Positions 37,925 through 48,277 are shown, counted from the first letter of the stretch. The stretch: 64,000 bases of DNA from an uncultured Bdellovibrionales bacterium (GCA_964612055.1 CAZTBI010000001.1:228824-292823); one strand, 5' to 3'. Notes: generated from the sequence alone by a model not told the origin. Translations and numbers: made by a program.

Positions 37925-38974
37925 TCATGCCGTGAGTACGAGTAACCCAGGAAGCTCTTGGCCGCCCAAGTATTCGAGCATGGCTCCACCACCAGAAGAA
38001 ACAAAACTAACTTTTTTGATCGCATCAGCCTTTTCCAGAACCGCCAGCGACTCTCCACCGCCGATGACCACATAGGCTTCGCTCTTCAAAAGTGCATAGA
38101 GGATGGCCTCTGTCCCGATGTCATAGGGCTTCTCTTCAAACTTTCCCATCGGACCATTCCAAATAATCGTTTTGGCCATAGCAATAATCTGCGTGTAGTA
38201 AGCGACCGTCTGAGGACCAATGTCGAGTCTGAGATCAGAGTCAAAATCTTTTGGCAAAAGCACTTTCTCAGAAAAAACGAGCTTCTGATCAATAGCTTCA
38301 TTGGCTACCTTTCCTCCTACCAAGATAGCATCGTAATTCTTTTCCAAGGCTGAGATAAGCGGCAGCTTCGTTTCAATTTTTGCCCCACCAATAATAGCGA
38401 TGGCTGGATGCTCTGGTGAAAGACGGATACGATCAAGTTCGGTAATCTCTTCACACAAACGGAGACCGGCGTACGATGGAAGGAGCTTGGTTATCGCCTC
38501 AACCGAGGCATGCGCCCGATGACAAACGCTAAAGGCCTCATTGACGTACAAGGTGAAAGGAGCGGCTAATTTCTCTGCAAAAGCGGCATCATTTTGTTCT
38601 TCTTCCGGATAAAAACGCACGTTCTCCAGTAACAGTATCTGATTCTCTGAAAGCTGTTCAAGAGCTTCTTTGACGCCGTCACCGATGCAATCAGGAACAA
38701 ACACGACCGATCTCCCGAGGGAGCGCTCTATAGCGGGAATAAGTTTAGCCACCGAAGCCTCTTCATCTCTCTTCCCATCCGGGCGCCCAAAGTGGGTCAA
38801 AAGAGCGATCTTCACTCCAGAGGAAGAGGCAATAAGATCAATCGTTTTTTTGGCAATACTGAGACGAAAGTGCTCTTCACTGCCAGCTAGATTACTCTGC
38901 TCAATATTGAAATCGACACGTATCAACACTCTTTGATGAGAAACATCCGCTCCTTCAATACTCCGTAGCGCCAT
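37925..38974 (-). CDS. pgk: Phosphoglycerate kinase (short form)
   Basis: RVDFN, LLENVRF, HRAHAS, WNGPMG, SSGGGA. Confidence 0.95.
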   Translation of the reverse strand: MALRSIEGADVSHQRVLIRVDFNIEQSNLAGSEEHFRLSIAKKTIDLIASSSGVKIALLTHFGRPDGKRDEEASVAKLIPAIERSLGRSVVFVPDCIGDGVKEALEQLSENQILLLENVRFYPEEEQNDAAFAEKLAAPFTLYVNEAFSVCHRAHASVEAITKLLPSYAGLRLCEEITELDRIRLSPEHPAIAIIGGAKIETKLPLISALEKNYDAILVGGKVANEAIDQKLVFSEKVLLPKDFDSDLRLDIGPQTVAYYTQIIAMAKTIIWNGPMGKFEEKPYDIGTEAILYALLKSEAYVVIGGGESLAVLEKADAIKKVSFVSSGGGAMLEYLGGQELPGLLVLTA

Positions 38975-39001
38975 ACATTTGAAAACATTATATATTATTT
39001 T

Positions 39002-40111
39002 CTATTTCCCCATTCCCAAAATACCGATCATTACTCCGATGAGAGCTGTCAGCGCCGTAAATATCCAAGCTCGCATGACAATTTTCGGTTCTGGCCAACC
39101 CTTGGCCTCGAAATGATGGTGAATAGGAGCAGCCAAAAATATTTTCCGTCCGAAATATTTCTTACTCAAAAGCTGCAGCGCCGCACTGCCTGATTCGATG
39201 GAGTAGAGTGCCACAATAATAAAAAGTACCAAGGCGGAGTTGGTCATCATAGCTACCACGCCAAGCGTTGTCCCGAGAGCAATAGCGCCGGTATCACCCA
39301 TGAAAAAGCGGGCGGGGTAGATATTGAACCAGAGAAATGCCATAAGCGCCCCAGCGAGTGCCGCACAAAAGGCGGCTAGATCCATCTTGTTGTGCACAAA
39401 CGCGATGAGCGAGAAAGCACTAAAGGCGATGAGGAGAACTCCACCATTCAAACCATCCAGGCCATCTGTTTCATTGGAAGAAATGGCTGCAAAGAGAATA
39501 ACGAAGATAAAGAGCGGAATATACCACCAACCAATCGTGAAATCGCCAATAGCTGGTACATGAATCTCATCCCAACCAAGCTTGCTATAAAACCACCAAG
39601 CACCAAGACCGGCGATAGCAAAAAGCCACCAAAAACGAAAAGCAAAACGCATACCACCACCTTTGTTCGTCCCGCGACCCCGAACACTCATGTAATCATC
39701 AAAGAGCCCTAAAATACCAGCTGTGATGAGGACAAAAAGTGGTAACCATACCTGAGAGCGCTTGAAAAAATCGAGCCGCGCGATAAAGTTGGTACTGGTC
39801 CACTCGGCAATAAATGGAAAGACGTAGTGGGAAAGGAGAACAAGTATAAGCACCGTGAACCAAACAATCACCCCACCCATCGTTGGCGTTCCTGCTTTAA
39901 TCGCGTGCATCTTGTTCACAAACGTCAGCTGCTCACCGTTGACTGATTTTTCCTTTATCTTGATCCCGAATTTATATTTGTAGAGAAGGTGTGTCCAAAG
40001 CGGTGTCAAAGCAAAAGCGATAAGAAAAGCCAGAAGTCCTGTCGTCAAAACCTTGAGAACATTGATGATCTGAGGAACACTCTGTATCTGGGCAATCTGG
40101 ATCGTTTCCAT
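39002..40111 (-). CDS. mraY: Phospho-MurNAc-pentapeptide transferase
   Basis: GTPTMGG, FDD, TDGLDGL, FMGDTG, APIHHHFE. Confidence 0.96.
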   Translation of the reverse strand: METIQIAQIQSVPQIINVLKVLTTGLLAFLIAFALTPLWTHLLYKYKFGIKIKEKSVNGEQLTFVNKMHAIKAGTPTMGGVIVWFTVLILVLLSHYVFPFIAEWTSTNFIARLDFFKRSQVWLPLFVLITAGILGLFDDYMSVRGRGTNKGGGMRFAFRFWWLFAIAGLGAWWFYSKLGWDEIHVPAIGDFTIGWWYIPLFIFVILFAAISSNETDGLDGLNGGVLLIAFSAFSLIAFVHNKMDLAAFCAALAGALMAFLWFNIYPARFFMGDTGAIALGTTLGVVAMMTNSALVLFIIVALYSIESGSAALQLLSKKYFGRKIFLAAPIHHHFEAKGWPEPKIVMRAWIFTALTALIGVMIGILGMGK

Positions 40112-40125
40112 AAAGTAAGAAAAAA

Positions 40126-41163
40126 TTATTTCCAATCAAAAGCCTGAAAACTCCAGTCAAACATGGAGCGGACGCTCTGCCAACGTGACTGATCATCGAG
40201 TACCACTGCCACGATCTTGTGATTCTCAGTTCGATCAGTCGCTACTGCCAAGAGCGAGTACCCAGCGAGTGGCGTAAAACCAGTCTTGGTACCAATCAGG
40301 TTTGGAAATTGCCCGAGGAGCTGGTCAGTGTTGAAAATTTCATGCGTATATTTTCCATCACTCGAAGTAATATACACTTTTTCAAAACGCATGATTTCCC
40401 AAATCTCTGGGAATTTCAAAGCATGTGTCGCAATTTTCGCCACATCAGAAGCCGTAGAGTAGCATTCCGTTTCTCGACCATCAGGCTCGAGACCAGAAGG
40501 TGTACAGAAATGGGAATTTACCAAGCCAAGTTCCAACGCTCGTTCGTTCATGATCTTGGCAAAACCGTCTTGCGTCTTGCCCATATGTTTCCCAAGAGCA
40601 ATAGCGGCATCGTTAGCACTATTCATCAGCGCTGCTTTGAGCAGATCACGAGCCGTGAGTTTCTCTCCTGGCTTGAGTCGAATACCATTACAGAAACCAG
40701 AGCGTGGACACCCTACCCGAGTGCCATCAGAGTAGATCGCTTCTTCATCGATCGTTACCAATTCATCAAGATTCTTGATTCGTTCCATGACAAGTGTCGC
40801 GGTAAAAAGCTTGGTCAATGACGCGATCTGGCGCCTTTGATCAGCATTTCTCTCGTAGAGAACTTTCCCAGATTCCGCATCAACGATGATTGAAGCGTGC
40901 GCCGTCACAATAGAAAGACGAGGCGAGTATTCTTTTAGTTCAGGCTGAAAACTGGTCGCTAATTCGCGACTTTCAGCTACCAATGGCTCAGTAATGAGGG
41001 ACGTTACGCTTTGATCACGCTTCTCTTTCCCGCCGAAACGCTCATCTTCAACTTGCAAAAAACCGAGAATATTTTTCCCATGAGCAATAAGAGAACCGCC
41101 CTTTCCACCTACGGTGATATAGACTGCCCCCGCAACAATAATGAGAAGTATCAGTACGCGCAT
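40126..41163 (-). CDS. D-alanyl-D-alanine carboxypeptidase (S11)
   Basis: ASLTK, SAN, KTG motifs. Confidence 0.92.
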   Translation of the reverse strand: MRVLILLIIVAGAVYITVGGKGGSLIAHGKNILGFLQVEDERFGGKEKRDQSVTSLITEPLVAESRELATSFQPELKEYSPRLSIVTAHASIIVDAESGKVLYERNADQRRQIASLTKLFTATLVMERIKNLDELVTIDEEAIYSDGTRVGCPRSGFCNGIRLKPGEKLTARDLLKAALMNSANDAAIALGKHMGKTQDGFAKIMNERALELGLVNSHFCTPSGLEPDGRETECYSTASDVAKIATHALKFPEIWEIMRFEKVYITSSDGKYTHEIFNTDQLLGQFPNLIGTKTGFTPLAGYSLLAVATDRTENHKIVAVVLDDQSRWQSVRSMFDWSFQAFDWK

Positions 41164-41166
41164 ATC

Positions 41167-41772
41167 CTATTTGTTTTCATTTTCAGTTGATTGAGAGAGC
41201 ACTTCTTCCGGTGCCGCTCCAGCTTCTTGCTCTAGAATCATGCGGAGACGCTCATCCTGCGAAAGAGCTTCGTACTGGGGGAGCTCAGAAACCTTTTCGA
41301 TACCGAGTACCTGTAGAAAGTGGAGCGTCGGACGATAGAGATAGCCACGACTATCACTCGGATTCCCCTCACGGGATATCAAATCTCGCAGAAGGAGATT
41401 ACGGAGCGTGAAGCTACAATTCACCCCTCGAATAGCATCGATCTCAACTCGAGCAATCGGGGCTCGATAAGCGATAATCGCCAAAACCTCCAGCGCTGCT
41501 TTGCTCATGTTTTCTTGAAGCGTGCTCTTGGTGAGAGACTCCACCACTGAGGCATTTTCTGGTTTTGTAGCTAAAAGCGCTGTCTTGTCATCTCGTACAA
41601 GCATAAGCCCCCTTTCAGTATCCTCTCCATATTTTTGAGCCAATTGGTCAAGAGCTGTACGTACCTCTTCCTCTGGAATTTCAAGAATTTTTGCTATCCG
41701 AGATACGGAAACCGGTTCTCCGCTGACGAAGAGGAGTGATTCCAAGACTGAAAGAGGATGCGTGTGTGCCAT
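41167..41772 (-). CDS. scpB: SMC-Scp subunit ScpB
   Basis: ESLLFVSGEP, ALEVLAIIAYRAP, IRGVN. Confidence 0.94.
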   Translation of the reverse strand: MAHTHPLSVLESLLFVSGEPVSVSRIAKILEIPEEEVRTALDQLAQKYGEDTERGLMLVRDDKTALLATKPENASVVESLTKSTLQENMSKAALEVLAIIAYRAPIARVEIDAIRGVNCSFTLRNLLLRDLISREGNPSDSRGYLYRPTLHFLQVLGIEKVSELPQYEALSQDERLRMILEQEAGAAPEEVLSQSTENENK

Positions 41773-41778
41773 AAAATT

Positions 41779-42483
41779 CTAGACGAGGCGTTTTATTCGA
41801 ATATCACTGAAAAACTTTTCTTGTTCCACATGGATGAAACGCTGCTTGATGAGTTCGAGCATAGCGAGGAAAGAAACGATCACTTCTACCTTATCCTGTG
41901 CCGTACTGATAATCTCATGAAAGGAGGATTCCACTCTTTCGGAAAGGGTTCTCTGTAAAAGCGCGATCTTCTCTTCCAAGGTTATGATAGCCGCCACTTC
42001 CTTTTCTGGAAGCACTTCAAACACCGGAATATCCCCCAAAACACTCATGAAGTGATCATGCAACGCTTCTTTGGTAATGTCTTTGGGAGGATAAAAAACT
42101 ACTTGCGTCCCTAAGAAACTTTCCCGAGAAAAGGCGCCACGAGACTTCATGAAGAGATTTCCGAGTCCCAACGAAGCTTCTCGGAAGAGTTTGTAGGCTT
42201 TGAGACGATACTCCAGATCCTCCATCGCCTCTTCCTCTTCATCACTGAAATCAAGCACCGGAAGCAGCGCTCGTGACTTGATCAAGATCAACCGGGCAGC
42301 GATTGAGAGGAAAACGGAAAGATTTTCAAGGGTGATCGCCTCTTCATCACGAATATAAGCCAGGTACTGATCAGCCACCTGCGCCAAACTGACCTGCGTG
42401 ATATCAAGCTTTTCTTTTTCTATTAAAGCAAGCAAAAGATCAAGTGGTCCTTCGAACTTCTCGAGATGAAAGTGATAGGCCAT
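41779..42483 (-). CDS. scpA: Segregation/condensation protein ScpA
   Basis: FEGPLDLLL, IKSRALLP, FLAMLEL. Confidence 0.95.
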   Translation of the reverse strand: MAYHFHLEKFEGPLDLLLALIEKEKLDITQVSLAQVADQYLAYIRDEEAITLENLSVFLSIAARLILIKSRALLPVLDFSDEEEEAMEDLEYRLKAYKLFREASLGLGNLFMKSRGAFSRESFLGTQVVFYPPKDITKEALHDHFMSVLGDIPVFEVLPEKEVAAIITLEEKIALLQRTLSERVESSFHEIISTAQDKVEVIVSFLAMLELIKQRFIHVEQEKFFSDIRIKRLV

Positions 42484-42561
42484 AACAAAGAGGAAATGCT
42501 TTACTACATTTCCTCACTAGAATACCATTTTTTTTATCTTTTTCCAAGGAAAGAAGTCGCT

Positions 42562-43755
42562 TTATAAAGCCATCCGAAGGCGTTCCCGAGCACTCTTTGT
42601 ATCTTTCAAGAACAGAGTCTCTATCAGAGCGAAGAAAAGCATCAGGGCCACGATAAAGAAAACGCTCCAAACAGGGAAAAGGAGGAGCATAAGGGTCGAA
42701 AGAATGGCGGCCACAATATTTGCGAGCGGTCTGGCGGTCCGGAAAAAAGCAATAACGTCGAGATTGTCGCCATCAATTTGCTTGTAGAAATAGGAATCAC
42801 GAAGGATCTCAATACCAGCAATGCCCACCCGCGTCATAAAAAGCGCCGTCCCCCACACGGCCAAATTACCTGCTGGAAGAAAGGGTAGTACCAATGTCGC
42901 AGCCATGACAATGGCGATACTTCCCATAAGCATTTCTTTTTCTCCAAAATAACGATCCGCGAGCACTCCCAACGGGTACTGGAGCAGAACAAATGGGATG
43001 AGCATGACGGTAAAAATGATCCCAATATCACTCCAAGAGAATCCAAGGGAACGAAGATAGATCGGCGTATAGATAATCATGAGCGCATAGAAGAATTCCA
43101 TAGCAAAAGAAATATGATAAATGCGGAGTAAATTTCTCTCCTGCATCATTTTTTTCACCGTCTCACGAAAGCGAAGCTTCTCCTGAAATACATGATTATC
43201 CTTACGGAAACCGAGGAGCGCCATAACAAAAACTAACGCATACCCAACGACCAGAACCAAGAAGATTCCATCATAACTGAACCGATCAAGCGTTTGGAGC
43301 GAAAGAAATGGCGCTATAAGAAGCCCAGCATTCATGATAGTCAGGTAGAGACCACGAATAGTTCCAGAGACATGATCCTTAGAAAAGCTTTCCAAGAGAA
43401 TATCGAGCGCCACCCAGGTCACATTCGTTGTGACAATAAGAAACAGCGCTACGCCAAGCGTCACCCATTGATTCGTGACCACCGCTAAAATCGCTGCCGC
43501 ACAGATACTCATCCCCAATGAGAGATAGAGAATCCGCGCCTTGCCCATGAAACGAATGAGTGGCTGGAGGTAAAACAATGTTATCAGTACTCCTCCATAA
43601 CCCAAGAAGTAGAAGATGCCAACATTCGTTACCCCAGAAACCACTGAAAAATACGTAGAGAGTACGTAGATAAAAAAAGCATCAAGAAATCCGATGATGA
43701 AGGAGATGAGGCTGATGAGGCGAATTTTGTTTTTTTGTAGATTTTCTTCGGTCAT
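42562..43755 (-). CDS. MFS transporter
   Basis: About 12 hydrophobic segments, GVLADRYFGEK loop. Confidence 0.85.
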   Translation of the reverse strand: MTEENLQKNKIRLISLISFIIGFLDAFFIYVLSTYFSVVSGVTNVGIFYFLGYGGVLITLFYLQPLIRFMGKARILYLSLGMSICAAAILAVVTNQWVTLGVALFLIVTTNVTWVALDILLESFSKDHVSGTIRGLYLTIMNAGLLIAPFLSLQTLDRFSYDGIFLVLVVGYALVFVMALLGFRKDNHVFQEKLRFRETVKKMMQERNLLRIYHISFAMEFFYALMIIYTPIYLRSLGFSWSDIGIIFTVMLIPFVLLQYPLGVLADRYFGEKEMLMGSIAIVMAATLVLPFLPAGNLAVWGTALFMTRVGIAGIEILRDSYFYKQIDGDNLDVIAFFRTARPLANIVAAILSTLMLLLFPVWSVFFIVALMLFFALIETLFLKDTKSARERLRMAL

Positions 43756-43792
43756 TTTTGTTTTTTTCTCTTCGTAGTATGCCACAAAGATG

Positions 43793-44203
43793 CTATTCGA
43801 GACAGCTCGGGACATAACCGCGCTTTTCTGCCTCTTCTTTTGAGGCAAAACATACTCTGTTTTCCGGCTTAATCCTCTTGGCTACCGCACAGGTCGGAAG
43901 GTGATATTTGTTCGAATTCTTACTTCCCACAAAAACACAGCCTGTTTTTTCGCTACTTTTGGCGACAATTGGCTCAACATGCGAGAGTACCTGTTGTTCA
44001 GAAGACGGAACGGTTTCAGTCCCGGCCGAAGTAATACTCTCGATAGGAACCGACGGAAGAGACAAAACAAGCGGCGTTTCCTGCTTCATTTTCCCCTGAA
44101 GCAGGCCTGCCTCAAAACAGAGGACTCCTACCAGTAAAACTCCGATGAGCGCCCCTAAACGCCCTTTATTCTCTTGTAACCACTGTAAGATACGTTCTTT
44201 CAT
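43793..44203 (-). CDS. Membrane protein with Ada-type metal-binding domain
   Basis: FVGSKNSNKYHLPTC...FASKEEAEKRGYVP. Confidence 0.8.
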   Translation of the reverse strand: MKERILQWLQENKGRLGALIGVLLVGVLCFEAGLLQGKMKQETPLVLSLPSVPIESITSAGTETVPSSEQQVLSHVEPIVAKSSEKTGCVFVGSKNSNKYHLPTCAVAKRIKPENRVCFASKEEAEKRGYVPSCLE

Positions 44204-44370
44204 AGCATACTTGACCAATAGCCAGAGCCGTGATATACTCCCTCTACAGTATATCGCACTTTCCGTAATGTGTAAGCGCTCCCTCGTGCCGTTACAAGTC
44301 CGTACTTCGACAGGCATACCAGGGAAAGGATTGAGTGTTTTTCATACTTAAACTTGTAACGGTATAAATT

Positions 44371-44661
44371 ATGGCAACCAGAAAAGCAGGTGGATCAACC
44401 ACCCTCGGCCGCGATTCGATTTCTAAGCGTCTCGGCGTCAAAATCTTCGGTAACCAGGCTGTTGCCGTCGGTAACATCATCATCCGTCAGCGTGGAACCC
44501 AGTTCCACCCAGGCAAGAACGTCAAGCGTGGTGAAGATGATACCCTCTTTGCCCTAGCCTCCGGATTCGTCGAATTCCAGGCTCGCAAGGTCAAGGACTT
44601 CACTGGTAAGATCGTTTCCCGAACCTTCGTGAACATCCTCCCAGAGAAGAAGCAGTCCTAA
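44371..44661 (+). CDS. rpmA: 50S ribosomal protein bL27
   Basis: KAGGST..GRDS.SKRLGVK...RQRGT. Confidence 0.97.
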   Translation: MATRKAGGSTTLGRDSISKRLGVKIFGNQAVAVGNIIIRQRGTQFHPGKNVKRGEDDTLFALASGFVEFQARKVKDFTGKIVSRTFVNILPEKKQS

Positions 44662-44673
44662 TACTTCCGATAT

Positions 44674-44703
44674 AAAAAACACCTCCTTCCGGGGGTGTTT
44701 TTT
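44674..44703. terminator. Bidirectional terminator between rpmA and pyrG
   Basis: AAAAAACACCTCC-ttcc-GGGGGTGTTTTTT. Confidence 0.85.
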
Positions 44704-44722
44704 ATTACTCCAAAGACTACTC

Positions 44723-46372
44723 CTACTTCTTCTTACAAGCTTCAAGAAAAGCGACAAAGAGCGGGTGCGGGTGAAGCAGCGAGGACTGGAATTCCGGGTG
44801 GAACTGGGTCGCCAGGAAAAACGGGTGCTTCTCTTTCGGAAGCTCGGCAATCTCCATGAGCACACCATTCGGCGAAGTCGCGGAGAATACCATACCAGCC
44901 TTTTTCAACTGCTCTACATATTCTGGATTCACTTCATAGCGATGGCGATGACGCTCAAGAATCCTTTCTGTACCGTAGGCTTTGGCAGCCAGAGTCTTTG
45001 GCAGAACCTTGGCTTCATAGTGACCGAGGCGCATCGTCGCCCCATAATTTTTCTTGCGGAGGTTCTCTTTTTGCTCCGGCATGATATCGACTACTGGCTG
45101 GGTCGTTTTTTGATTGACTTCGGTGGTATGAGCCTCTTTCAATCCCACCACGTGACGGGCATATTCGATGACGGCCAGTTGCATGCCGTAGCACAAACCA
45201 AAATATGGAATCTGATTTTCACGACAGAAACGAATAGCATTAATCTTTCCTTCAATACCACGACTCCCGAAACCGCCAGGAATAATAATACCGTCATACT
45301 TTTTGAGTCCCTTCAATCTCTTCGCATCCCCTTCAAACTCGGTACTATCAATCCAGGTCAATTCTGCTTTGCGCCCCACCTGACAGGCAGCGTGTTTCAA
45401 TGCTTCAATAACGCTAATATAGGCATCAGAGAGGACAAAATCACCGGTCTTAAAATACTTCCCTACTACACCAATTTTCACTACCTCCTTGGCCGCTTTG
45501 ATACGCTTCACCCGCTTCTCCCATTCCCCGATACCAATCACTTTCTTCGCCTTCAAACCAAGCTTCTTCAAAAGGATGTCGCTCAGGTGATCCTTCTCAA
45601 AATTTACTGGTACATCATAGATACTCTCAACATCTGGGGCACTGATGACGTCTTCCCTGTGAACATTGCAAAAAACCGCAATCTTTTCTTTGCGTTTCTC
45701 ATCCAGCGGTCGATCAGCCCGAGCAATGATAATATCCGGTTGAATGCCAGTACCATTTAAGGTTCGGACAGCATGTTGTGTTGGTTTCGTCTTCATCTCC
45801 CCTACCTTGGATGGCGTAGGAATATAGCTCACAATGGCGGTGATCACATCTCCTGGCTGCTCGGTTTTGAGCATACGGATAGCTTCGAGAAAAAGGATGT
45901 TCTCATACTCCCCAACTGTTCCACCAATTTCAATGATCGCGATATCAGCCTTGGCTTGTTTCACCGCCCTCTTGATGCGACTGATCACTTCCATCGGAAT
46001 ATGTGGCACCACCTGGACACATTTCCCGGCATATTCCAGGTTCCTCTCCTTTTCAATGACGGTTTTGTAGACCAAGCCGGTCGTCATGTAGTTATCCCGA
46101 GTCAGTTCAATATTCAAAAAACGCTCATAATTCCCCATGTCTTGATCAGTCTCGTACCCATCTTTCAAAACAAACACTTCGCCGTGCTCGGTCGGGTTCA
46201 TAGTGCCAGCATCGACGTTGATGTACGGATCAATCTTGAGCGCCGTCACATTGAAGCCCTTCCCCTGAAGAATCTTACCTATAGAGGACGTCGCGATACC
46301 CTTACCGACACCGCTCATCACACCGCCTACTACGAAAATATACTTGGTCTGCTTCGCTTTTTGTTTTGCCAT
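44723..46372 (-). CDS. pyrG: CTP synthase
   Basis: GGVMSGVGKG, KTKPTQH, GLCYGMQ, ERHRHRYE, QFHPE. Confidence 0.98.
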   Translation of the reverse strand: MAKQKAKQTKYIFVVGGVMSGVGKGIATSSIGKILQGKGFNVTALKIDPYINVDAGTMNPTEHGEVFVLKDGYETDQDMGNYERFLNIELTRDNYMTTGLVYKTVIEKERNLEYAGKCVQVVPHIPMEVISRIKRAVKQAKADIAIIEIGGTVGEYENILFLEAIRMLKTEQPGDVITAIVSYIPTPSKVGEMKTKPTQHAVRTLNGTGIQPDIIIARADRPLDEKRKEKIAVFCNVHREDVISAPDVESIYDVPVNFEKDHLSDILLKKLGLKAKKVIGIGEWEKRVKRIKAAKEVVKIGVVGKYFKTGDFVLSDAYISVIEALKHAACQVGRKAELTWIDSTEFEGDAKRLKGLKKYDGIIIPGGFGSRGIEGKINAIRFCRENQIPYFGLCYGMQLAVIEYARHVVGLKEAHTTEVNQKTTQPVVDIMPEQKENLRKKNYGATMRLGHYEAKVLPKTLAAKAYGTERILERHRHRYEVNPEYVEQLKKAGMVFSATSPNGVLMEIAELPKEKHPFFLATQFHPEFQSSLLHPHPLFVAFLEACKKK

Positions 46373-46543
46373 ACGAGTATGAAAAATGATTTTTATTACT
46401 AAACGAAGCGAGTGAAAAGAAAATTTATTTTCGTTTCCGAGCGAGTGCTAGTAAAATCAGGACAATATTTTACCTGTTATAGAGAAAGAGCCGCTACCAG
46501 GGACAGTGTGGGGAGCGGCTCTTTGTAAAATAGCGTTCGATCT

Positions 46544-46984
46544 TTACTCCGATTCTATCAGAACGGTAAAGCTCGCCTTCACTCCGTGACCGAAATCCGC
46601 TGAAACAGGGAATTCACCCACTTCTTTGAGAGCCTTATCTAAAACGATCACTTCTTTACTCACCTTGATACCCAGAGCTTCCAAAGCAGTAGCCACTTCT
46701 TCGCGCCCTACAGAACCGAAGAGTTTTCCTTTTTCAGCCTTGCTCTTGATCACCACTTTCTTGCCAGAAAGTGAAGTAGCTACCGTACGGTGCTCCTCAG
46801 TTGTTTTGGCCATTTCTTCCTTCCGCTTCGCAATAAAACGTTCCGCCTGTTTGATCGCACCAGGCGTCGCCAAATCAGCCAACCCTTCCGGAAGGAGATA
46901 GTTAAATCCGTAACCATTTTTTACTTCTTTGATGTCCAAAGCTTTTCCTAAGCCTTTCACATCCGTCAAAAGAATCACCTTCAT
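46544..46984 (-). CDS. rplI: 50S ribosomal protein bL9
   Basis: MKVILLTDVKGLGK...VKNGYGFNYLLP, GKLFGSV. Confidence 0.96.
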   Translation of the reverse strand: MKVILLTDVKGLGKALDIKEVKNGYGFNYLLPEGLADLATPGAIKQAERFIAKRKEEMAKTTEEHRTVATSLSGKKVVIKSKAEKGKLFGSVGREEVATALEALGIKVSKEVIVLDKALKEVGEFPVSADFGHGVKASFTVLIESE

Positions 46985-47124
46985 AGTGCAGTCATTCATC
47001 TATTACTCCGGTCAGCATACCGTACTTCCAGCCTTTTGGCAAGCAACCCGTCTTAATAAAAGAGTATGTCTCGGTAAGAAAAAAGCCTTGAGGGAGATAC
47101 CCACAAGGCCTGGAGCCCGAAAGC

Positions 47125-47730
47125 CTACGTCGCTGAAAATTCCATACTGAGCAAAGACTCAACGCGGAACCCATTCTTCGTTCCTGCTGGCCGGCCGTCG
47201 AACTCGATAACCGTGCCGATGGCGGAAACATTGGCATTGAGGCTCAATGCCTCGATACTCTTGAGGCAGGTCTGGATCCGTGGCCAGCGCCCGGGAGCCA
47301 GAAATGGCTCAATCAGAATGGCGTTAGCGCCTCGGAGCACCTCTGGCGCATGCAAAGAGAACGCATACGTGCCATCGTGATTCTCCTTCATGGAGAGAAA
47401 GGACACCGGACGATCCGATGAATACAACCCCTCCAGAATGCGTGCCACGCTGTGAGCCAGAACGGCGCCATGGTCATCGATCCCGATAACCAAAGTCACT
47501 TCCTTGGTATGGAAGAGCCTCGCCAGACGACTGGCGAACACCTCGGTTTCTGCTGGCCGAAGCAACATCGCCTTGAGTAGCGGGAGTTCCGTCAGGATTC
47601 CGTCATCGCCGATAGCGGCACTCGCTATCACCGAAAACAACTTTTGGCGAAATTTGATGTCTTCCTCCAAAAGTCCAGTGGGACGCAGCGTCCTCACCTC
47701 AGCAAGGGTACCTACTGTTGATGCGCTCAT
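47125..47730 (-). CDS. Degenerate type I phosphoribosyltransferase-fold protein
   Basis: LVIGIDDHGAVLAHSVA...VLRGANAILIEPFLAPG; GAGGAGG SD. Confidence 0.6.
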   Translation of the reverse strand: MSASTVGTLAEVRTLRPTGLLEEDIKFRQKLFSVIASAAIGDDGILTELPLLKAMLLRPAETEVFASRLARLFHTKEVTLVIGIDDHGAVLAHSVARILEGLYSSDRPVSFLSMKENHDGTYAFSLHAPEVLRGANAILIEPFLAPGRWPRIQTCLKSIEALSLNANVSAIGTVIEFDGRPAGTKNGFRVESLLSMEFSAT

Positions 47731-47812
47731 AACAACTTCCTCCTCAGAAAGGTCTATGATGAAAAAGGGCACAAAGAACGACGTTTTATTATTCCACGAA
47801 ACTGTCTATCAG

Positions 47813-48058
47813 TCAATAGGATAGGTCTATCTTTTGAGAAAAACAAAGAGTGTTAACCAAGCCATGAGCATCTGGAAGTTCCTGTGGATATGAAATAGCA
47901 AAGCGATTCAGAATGTATTTTGCCTCTTCGTGTGGTTCACCAAAAATCCCTACCACTGCAATTTTGCCCATTTTCTGTAAAAACTCAGCATAAGCAACAG
48001 AGCCTGACACGCCGTCAAGGTCTGGATTGACATAACAAGTAACAAGAATTGGTTTCAT
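47813..48058 (-). pseudogene. 5' fragment of a DHH-family (PpaC-like) pyrophosphatase
   Basis: ILVTCYVNPDLDG..SVAYA...GEPHEEAKYIL; truncated well before the DHH motif. Confidence 0.75.
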
Positions 48059-48077
48059 AGAGATATCAAAAATTTTG

Positions 48078-48148
48078 TGGACCTGGCGAGAATCGGACTC
48101 GCGCCTCTGCAATGCGAATGCAGCGTTGTACCACTTAACTACAGGCCC
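48078..48148 (-). tRNA. tRNA-Ala(CGC)
   Basis: GGGCCTG/CAGGTCC with G3:U70 and A73; CTGCA-TTCGCAT-TGCAG; T loop TCCGATT. Confidence 0.92.
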
Positions 48149-48277
48149 AAAGGAAACGAAGGTATTGTAGAGCAACTAAAGAGAAAACTCAAGGAAAAAT
48201 GAAAGCTCGCGAAAACCCTGGTTCAGGTCTTCGCGAGCGGGACTAAGGAGAGAGCCTTAGTACTCCTGGAACCCCTT

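Noticed and set aside
44765-46402. Long + strand ORFs antisense to pyrG (and similar ones opposite secA, dnaK, cysS, corA and the clpP-like gene)
   Set aside because: Antisense shadows of conserved genes with no motifs or start signals
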